A stretch of DNA of 58,987 nt, counting the filler, from Platydemus manokwari (taxonomy: Eukaryota), in NCBI GenBank assembly GCA_037951405.1. It is 4 parts of 4 records of this genome, joined end to end, with 100 filler letters (N's around TTAATTAATTAA, not from the genome) between each part and the next. Parts side by side here need not be neighbours in the genome. Positions count along the whole stretch, not along the records: positions 40,718 to 58,987 come from JBBMOY010488886.1; 3 more parts are not named here. The stretch is one strand, 5' to 3'. The position numbers and the translations under genes are program-made. Shown in pieces: positions 50,601 to 58,987 of the stretch. The notes under the pieces were generated by a model, which was given only the letters and a program-made list of their open reading frames with translations, did not search any database and was not told the origin of the DNA. Position 1 is the stretch's first letter. Each line of letters starts with the position of its first letter.

Positions 50601-53600
50601 TTTCGCTAAACTCTTAATATTTTATTTAAATTTATCACAAGGTTTTGGGGTTCACCTATTCCGAGTCTGTTAATCTGTGTGTGTCGAACCTTTTTTTCCA
50701 AAGTCTCTGTGGGTATTTTGAGTCTATTTTGTTGCACACTCAACATTAATAAATTATGCAACAATGCGCTTATTACAATCAAAATTGTCACAGTTTTTAA
50801 TTCTGTGTATATACAGAATTCTGATCCCCGGAATGAAATGATCTTCCTTCTTCCATGATGTAATTACACAGAAATTGTGTTATGTGGTTGCTTCGTGATT
50901 GCGCAGCTATAGCAATTGCGAATTTGTGCCTTTGTAAATTTTTGCAAGCGATAATTATGACTTGAAGGCATCAGTGGCTTACTCGCAGAAATTCTCCACG
51001 ATTATTTATTTAATCCAAATCATATGTTTTTTGGGTTGGAATTTATTATGGTAGAGAAATTCTCGATGACTGAATTTATAATTGTAGGAAAATTCTCGAT
51101 ATTTTATTAAGGGCAATTATTATGTAGCTAGCAAATTGTTAGCGTTATTCTTGTTCCTAAATTTTTATCAGGGATTTATTAATGAAATAATTGATTTTAT
51201 ATTTTTTAATTAGCATATTTTGCTGTGATGGAATGTTTTATATTAACTCATACCTGTTTTAGAGGACTTCGATAACTTATATGAGAACAAAATTACCGGA
51301 AAAATAAACCGAATTGTACAAAGATATTGTTTGAAGATATGTAAATTTTGTTATACAAGGACTGCTTATCTTGCTGTGGCAAATTTGTTTGGTACTGAAA
51401 GCGCACAATAATTGATCAATATAAATGCTATTATTTGATAAAGGAAGAGAATAATAGGGTTTATTTAAGAAACTAAAAATTTTAACAAGATTTTAAAGAA
51501 CAACAAAAATCCGCAAACTGCACGAAGCACTATTCGAGTAGGTTGCTACTAAATATCCACCCGAAAAACCAAATGGAAGTGACTATTGTTATTGATAAAT
51601 GATTAAATTAATTAATTATTTAAATTAAATAAAATTTATGACACTGCCATGATTTTAAAATGGATGAAATTTGCTCACTCTCAAAATATCCTTCATCAAA
51701 AGTAGGAATCCCTACGTCTGCAAAACAAATCTAAATTCAAGATTTTTAATGGGTGAATATTGTAGACTGCACTGTCCTTATATACTATTTTTAACTGTTG
51801 TTATCGTTTGTCATATCTGCGTTTATTTAAAGAAATTTCTATTAGTTGTACACTAATTTTTGCATTTTTCTATTTTAATGTCTCGCTACTATTTTTATTT
51901 ACTACTATTTTATTTTAGTTATTCAGATTACCAATTTACAAGATTATACTCGTGAATAATTTATAGGATTATTTATATTCATGCAATAAGAAAAATCAAT
52001 GTAAAATATTAATAGGAATCAATAAAAATATTTTGTTTAATAATCTCACATCACAATAATCATAAGCAAAAACATAGGATTTTAAAACCTAGAAAAGTTC
52101 AATCAACATCAATGCAAAAAATTAATTGTTGTTGGATATATATTTGATTTGATTGAGCTGATCATTTGGAATCAGATTTTGGCTGGTATGGTATTTTTTG
52201 GATTTGAAAACAGATTGGGATTGAATACTGTATATTTGATTTCAAATTATACATGTATGGTTGATTACAGATGTTTGATTTGAATAGATTTTTTATTTGG
52301 AGATTCTTCCTTTAATTGACTAAAAAATTTTAGTACATGAAAAAATATATTATGAATTTTTCTTTTAGTAATTAATAATTTTATCCACTAACTATTCACA
52401 TAAAATTTGTCAATACTTTTATCCACCAAAACATAATAATATTGTCAGATTATTGCTTTAAAAGTCCCTTATCTAATTTTTAATATTTCTTGAACTCCAT
52501 TACTTGTAGTCAGAATTACGTCTATCTTGGTATATGAATGAAAAAGTCGTATTTTTTGTTGGCAGAAGTTAGAGTTATTATAAAAGCCTACGTTATGTTG
52601 TGTTTATAAATACTCAGAAATTGAGAAATTAAGTATAGTCAACTGAACACAAATACATGTTTGACAATCGCAACTCAAAAGATGAAAGAAAGGACAAGCA
52701 AATCACAAAAAATAGCAAACAGAAAATATTGACCATTGTTTTCAAGAGTCGATTCTTTCATATATTGCATACATTTACTTGCTGCTTAAAATTTTACTTT
52801 TTATTTCTTGGAACAGTTTTAAAATTTGAGCATACATCTAGTGAACAGTTTTCATTCAATCTCTAATGTCATTGGTTCAATTTCGTGTTCTTTGCTTTCT
52901 GTAAGTATGCACCAATTAAAGATATAATAAATTGTATAATATATAATTAATTATGAATGGAAAAATTGTTAGATAAACTTTCAATTATTTATAATTATAA
53001 ATTCATAGAAATTCACGTTGCTATGACAATTTAATTCGTTATCATAGATTTTTAATTTAAATTCACATTAACATGGTTAATAATCATGCTGATTTCTAAA
53101 ATACTGAATAATTACTCAAATCAGAGATTGCGAAAAGCAGTACAAAGCACAAGGTTTTATACATTAATCTCACAAGTTATTTAGCATCCGTAATAGCCTA
53201 ATAATAATTTGCCTATTCGAATCATAGAAATTGACATTATCTTTCAAAATTTCGATTTAAATATTTAGCTCGTGGTAAATATATTTGATTTTGTACTTCC
53301 TCAAGTTCTAACAATCGCTGAAAGGGGATTCGTTAAAATTTTATAAACAAATACTCCACAGAGTCAAGTGAAATTTAAAAAAAGCCTAAAATCATCTTCT
53401 TTAGATTTCATATCAAAGCAGGAATCCACTTAGTTATCTCTGTTGATTGTTTAAATTGTTCAGATCATGCCACTTTCTGCTTTTAAATTTAGGGCATTAC
53501 ATATTTGACAATTAGTTGATTGAATATAATTATTATCTCGTTTTATTGTTTATTATTTATTCACTCGAGATACACACAAATTATTAATCTATTAGTTGTC

Positions 53601-55326
53601 AAATCCTTGGTGAAATATTTAATTATTATTTAAATTTAATAAAGTAGCAAATTGTTGATCGTAAATTGTTGATTTGAATCAAACGAAATCACTTAATAAT
53701 CCTATCAACTACAATCCAGTCAAAGATTGGCAATTCGATGCCCTGTAATTGGAGCAGGGGGCTTGTTACCTTAGATTGTATATACCCTTGTACGCCTCAT
53801 TTGGAGGTTATTGATATAACAATGACACGAGTTTTTGAAAAATAGTTTGAACTGCGTATTAAGATCACTACATTGTATTCAGTGTTTTATTAAAAATGTT
53901 ACATACAGGATCATTAATATGGCCGTCTGTCTGTATATTTTAAAAGGTTTTCCTGATTATCGATAATCAGGTAACATTTAAATGTGCAACTTTTAGTAAG
54001 ATTTCATCCTATAAAATTTAAATTAATGTTGATGACCATAAATAAAATTCGATATACACATTGTTTCGTTTATCAGATTAGAGAATAATGGCTTTTTTGA
54101 AATGAAATGAATAAATTTTAATTGATAGATCTGATAAATGGATAAAACACGGTATTAAATTTCAAGCACATTATTCAATATCTTAATTTTCATCTAGCTG
54201 AAGGCTATTATTTAGGATGGAAGAATTCTATGTACTGGAATGCAATGAATGAACTGAAGGCTAAGTCCGTGGTCTAAATTTTACGCAGTAATTGAAGACA
54301 GGGTTTTTAAAATGAACTATAATTGAAGACGAGATGATATCTAAGTGATCTAGTGTCCAATTTAGATCTAAGTAAGGTATAAGCCATTTTATGTCATATA
54401 ATAATAGATAAGATTATAAAATATCAATGAGTAAATAAAACATGAAATTCTGTTTTAATAGATCAACCAATGTTGGAATATCAACTATTTTTTCATGAAC
54501 TTATCGTCTAGAGCGCAAGCAAAGTAAAAAAAATATATCTTACAATAACTAAAGATCCCACAAACCTGGAAAGTGAATCATACATCGGTGACTGCATCTA
54601 TACACAAAATAATTATTTGACAATCAACATAAAGCAATTTTATGGCAAATATTATATTCAGACATCACAACTGTTACAATTCTTATTAATTTGAGAACCA
54701 TATAAAATCTGCGTACATTTAAATTCAAGTAACAATCTTTTCCATTAGATCAGTACAATTCTGAAAATATTAATGTACCAAATCAGCCAATAAGAAATCT
54801 CAACATGTTTTGTTCCAGTTTTCTGATAAAAATAATTCATTTTTATGTATTTGGGAATTTTTTTTAAAGATTTTAACATTCACATTAACTTTAATATTCA
54901 CACAACCTACAAGACAGATCTAACAAATAATTTTAAATCTCATTTGATCAAATCTTCCATTAGATTAAAAACAAACTTAATAAAATGTTATGAGCTGAAT
55001 ATATAAAGAACTAAATGTATTTTCATCGAAAACTTGACTAGAATAGGCAATAAAATATAGTATAGCTTACATTGCACCATAAACTGTCATATATCAAAGT
55101 ACATAATGATTACACACGATTATATAAATATAGGAAATACAAATCAATAATAGCAGAATATTGCGAGACAGACATCACTCAATCAAAAATCGGCATATAA
55201 TTATCAAAAACAAAAAATCATTACATTTATTATTGCCTTGAGCTCATCATTATCAAACAACAGGCTGGCACACACACACAATACAGACACGCTTGAAGTG
55301 TTCATGGTATAAAAGTTTTTCAAAGC

Positions 55327-58300
55327 CTAGAGTGATTCAAACTCATCAACACGCTTTTTGGTATTTCCTTGTCGAATTTGTCTCAAAGTTTGGAATTTAT
55401 CCCGACCCTGTCGTTGATTTTCTCGATGAATCAAATCGGTATTGTCCAATTTCGATTCAAGTCTCTTCTGTTCGAGATCATCGGCTAATGATTTCAATTG
55501 AGCTTGCAAATCTTTGTTACCCGATAAAGTTGTCGTTCGATTTTCTTCGCGTCTATCATCTCCGCTTTCGAGTAATTCAAAATTATGAGCTTCCTCCCTG
55601 GCATTTTCCTTCTCAATTGCTTGTTCTTCCAATTGACGAGCTTTAGCTTCCAAATCCTCGCGTTCTTTTCGCAATTTGTCCAATTCAGCTTGTCGAGCAT
55701 TCAACTCCAATGCACTCTGTTGAACTTCGCTATTTTTTTGTTGGATTTCTGATTGTATGAGCGTATTCTCGTGCAACAGTTTTTCATAATCTTCGCTAAC
55801 CATTTTTTGAGCTTCTTCAAGAGCCTTGTTATTGGCTGCTAATCTTTCGTGCATGTCTTCCAAATCTTGTTTCTGTTTATTGGATTCTTCTAATAAATCT
55901 TCTAATTCCTTTATTTTATGCTCATATTCTTCCATTTGTCTTTGGGTTTCTTCGTGTTTCTCATTCGATGCTTTTAACATTAATTCTAATTCAGCCAATT
56001 TACGTTCAACTAATTCTTTGGCTATTCTTTCTTGATTCACTTTATCCCTAAAAATCAAAATTTGACTTGATTACAAATATTGATGAGATGATTTACTTGC
56101 TATCCAACTTAGCTCGTTTATCTTCTAAAGCTTGAGCTCTCATTTGTTGCATTTCAATGGTTTCAGCTTTTCTTCTTCTCAAATATAAATCATGATTACC
56201 CATTGATAAATTCAATATCGTCTTATTGATTCTAGAATGTTTGGTCATGAAGACAAAATTCTAAAAATTATTTAAATCTCATTAATAATATTATATCAGA
56301 GAGATAACAATAAAAAAAATAAAATATCAATCAATAATTGGAATTTGGTAAAAATGTAGTACAAATGAAATTGAATGACAAATATCTCAAAAATATGAAA
56401 ATCGTTGTCAAATATCATATCAGATAATAAATTGATTACAATCAAGTCGTGTCCAACCAAATAAAGCAACCAAGTTATACAAAAATTTCTCAATTGATTT
56501 AAAACATCATTTGGTAGCTTGTTGGGATAATGTGAACTTATTAAATTAAGATTAAAAATTACATTTTATGACTGAGGAAAGATTTGTCCAATACTTCATT
56601 ATATCATATATTTGTTTATTATACACATTTATTTAACTCAATTAATTTCATTTATTGATATTCATTTATAAAATCATGTCAATGTTAATAACAGAATGGA
56701 AATTAATTAATAATAATTGAATAATAATATATAAAAAATTAAATTATTTTTTAAATAGATCATGACATTCAATGCTTCTAAAGCATCGAAGAACGACATA
56801 GGTATGCAACAAATTTCATTTAAGTTGTCAATAAAAATGAATAAATTTCCATTTTCTCATTAAATACTTTAAAATCACAAAAAAAACAGACCAAACATGT
56901 TATTAATACAATAATTTCTCAATCGATTAAAAACATCATTTGGTAGTTTATTGGGATAATGTGAACTTATTAAACTAAGATTAAAAATCTCATTTCATGA
57001 CTGCGGAATGATTTGTCCAATATTATGTCCAATATTTCATCATGTTCAAATCATATATTTGTTTATTATACACATTTGTCTAACCCAATTAATTTCATTT
57101 ATTGATATTCATTTATAAAATCATGTCAATGTTAATAACAGAATGGAAATTAATTAATAAATATATTGAAAAATTAAATTAATTTATTTAAAATAGATCA
57201 TGCCATTCAATGCTTCTAAAGCATCGAAGAATGACATAGATATGCAACAAATTTCATTTAAATAATCGATAAAAAAAATGATTAAATTCCCATTTTATCA
57301 TTAAATACTTTAAAATTACAAAAAACAGAATAAACATATGGATAATACCAGAATCCTTACTCCAGGAACAACATAAATACTATTTTTTACTCGTGTTATG
57401 TTGGGTAGGGAAAAATCTACTTCAAAGCAAATTTCAAGCATCAATAAATATTAAAATGAAATTTTGTGAATTTAAATATGAATTTCAAATATAAATTTCT
57501 CATAGTTCCGTGAAATTAATTAATCTTTTTGATATCAATAAGAATAAACTTTATTTATCGTGAAATGAGAAATGATTATCTGACCAAATAGCGTTACAAA
57601 ATAAACATTTAATTAATTAAAATTTAATTCTATACTTTTGAAATATTAAACCAAAAAAAATTCAACTTACGGAAGAATTCTTATCGGTAGATTTGATTGA
57701 AAATTTTTTATTTGAATAAGACACGTTTCTGATTTCACTCCATGGGAATCCAATTTTAGGAGTTAATCTAAATAGAATCAAAATTAATGACTCAATAAAC
57801 AATAATAATTAATAAGAATGTATGACCACTAGTATGACGTAATAAGCGAGAATATGACATTAATCAATCTTATGTGGACGAAATTTTAATTTTTACTTAA
57901 TTTTAAAGGTTAATAATTAGAAATATTCAAATAAACATCAACTCACTTATCAGTTTTGTTGTAAATACTTAAACCGAGAGCATCTATTCCTAAATATAAT
58001 TCCGTTCCTTTTTTGTTTGTAATTTCGAAATAATTGACTCCATACATTTCCAAGTCTTGGGCTATCTTTAAGTATTCAATAATACTATCTTCTCGCAACA
58101 TGTCTTTGTGAGCTTTGTACATCATTACAATTTTGTCAATCCATTGATCTTGTGTCATTTCGTGTTGATCAATAATTCTAAAAACTAAATAATAACAATT
58201 CTCAATTTCTACTTATTACTTTTGGGGTAATAATCGATCTTTATAAATAAAGTCTTCTTTATTCTCAATTAGGCTTTCATTAAAATCCAAATATTTACAT

Positions 58301-58790
58301 TGGCAAGCGTATGATGCCAACAAAACACAAGATTCAGCTGGGCAATATATTTCCCCGTTTAATATGTCTTGTCTAACTTGAAGGTAAAACAATCTCTGTG
58401 TTGTTTCTTGAATTAATTCTTCTCCAACATCTTCTGGATAATATTTTACACAAAATTGGAATTTCAATGGAAAAACTTTTCCAACATCTTGTGAAGTGAC
58501 TTTACGATTTAGCTTTAACCAACTAACTAATCCTTTGGTGTCAATGTATTGCAAACCAAACCACCATATCTCACGAATATTCAAAGTTCTTACAACCTTG
58601 AAATAATATCAAAACAGTTTAATGAATAAATTATTAAAAGATTTCGTACTTGATCGAATAATTGTTTACCAGTTGTGTTTGAAGCAACAGAAAATTCTAA
58701 CTCCGAGTCAATTGTGCTGACCTTTATTGCTATCTACATTATATGATTAATGTTAAAAATAAAAATATATTAATTCACCGTTTTAGACAT
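55327..58790 (-). CDS. Moe: ERM family protein (moesin/ezrin/radixin homolog), 561 aa; exons (minus) 58790-58779, 58733-58650, 58596-58220, 58177-57947, 57767-57671, 56260-56097, 56047-55327
   Basis: FERM domain motifs [74 protein letters not shown] and [11 protein letters not shown], then a coiled coil and the actin-binding tail [20 protein letters not shown], which is ERM-type rather than merlin-type. Exon lengths sum to 1686 nt with consistent phases and GT-AG sites. Confidence 0.96.
56477..57348. repeat. ~430-bp tandem duplication inside ERM intron 5
   Basis: Copies at ~56477-56904 and ~56905-57348 share long identical blocks, e.g. TTGGGATAATGTGAACTTATTAAA, CAATTAATTTCATTTATTGATATTCATTTATAAAATCATGTCAATGTTAATAACAGAATGGAAATTAATTAATAA and CATTCAATGCTTCTAAAGCATCGAAGAA. 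Confidence 0.92.
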
Positions 58791-58987
58791 TTTGAAAAAT
58801 GACTCACTTCCTAAATTTAAATATTTATATGTAATTTATATTTAAGTGATTCATTTAAATACTTGTGTGTAATATATATGTTATTATTACAGTTTTTAAT
58901 AAATTAGCATACTGTTAATTCTATTGTTATAAGGTATGTCTTAATTTAGTTAAGAATTTATTTCTCGTACAAAAATGCTAAAATTGT

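Noticed and set aside
56420-56512. Box C/D snoRNA in the ERM intron (minus ATGATGT..CTGA)
   Set aside because: Imperfect C box, no terminal stem and no recognisable guide sequence.

Overview
AT-rich (roughly 27-30% GC, judged by eye) eukaryotic genomic DNA with GT-AG introns, many only 46-60 nt long. An animal source is inferred from the ERM and ERG/FLI/FEV-type ETS genes; composition and intron size suggest a triclad planarian. The window holds four contigs joined by three artificial 100-bp spacers (N44-TTAATTAATTAA-N44). Three intact spliced genes can be reconstructed by hand. (1) A giant coiled-coil gene on the + strand (13413-27820, ~3560 aa) with one 9,192-nt exon, LC8-, SxIP- and RVxF-type motifs, and a candidate 21-nt stop-containing microexon that would switch the C-terminus. 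(2) A short ERG/FLI1/FEV-class ETS factor on the - strand (30978-32152, 257 aa). (3) A 7-exon ERM protein on the - strand (55327-58790, 561 aa). The rest is mostly mobile-element debris: one well-preserved and several decayed Ty3/Gypsy fragments, an internally deleted pogo element with intact TIRs and TA TSD, a hAT-like end, decayed hammerhead-like motifs, an unidentified ~1.7-kb intronless pseudo-ORF, and tandem repeats. No database searches were run; all identifications rest on motifs read from the sequence.
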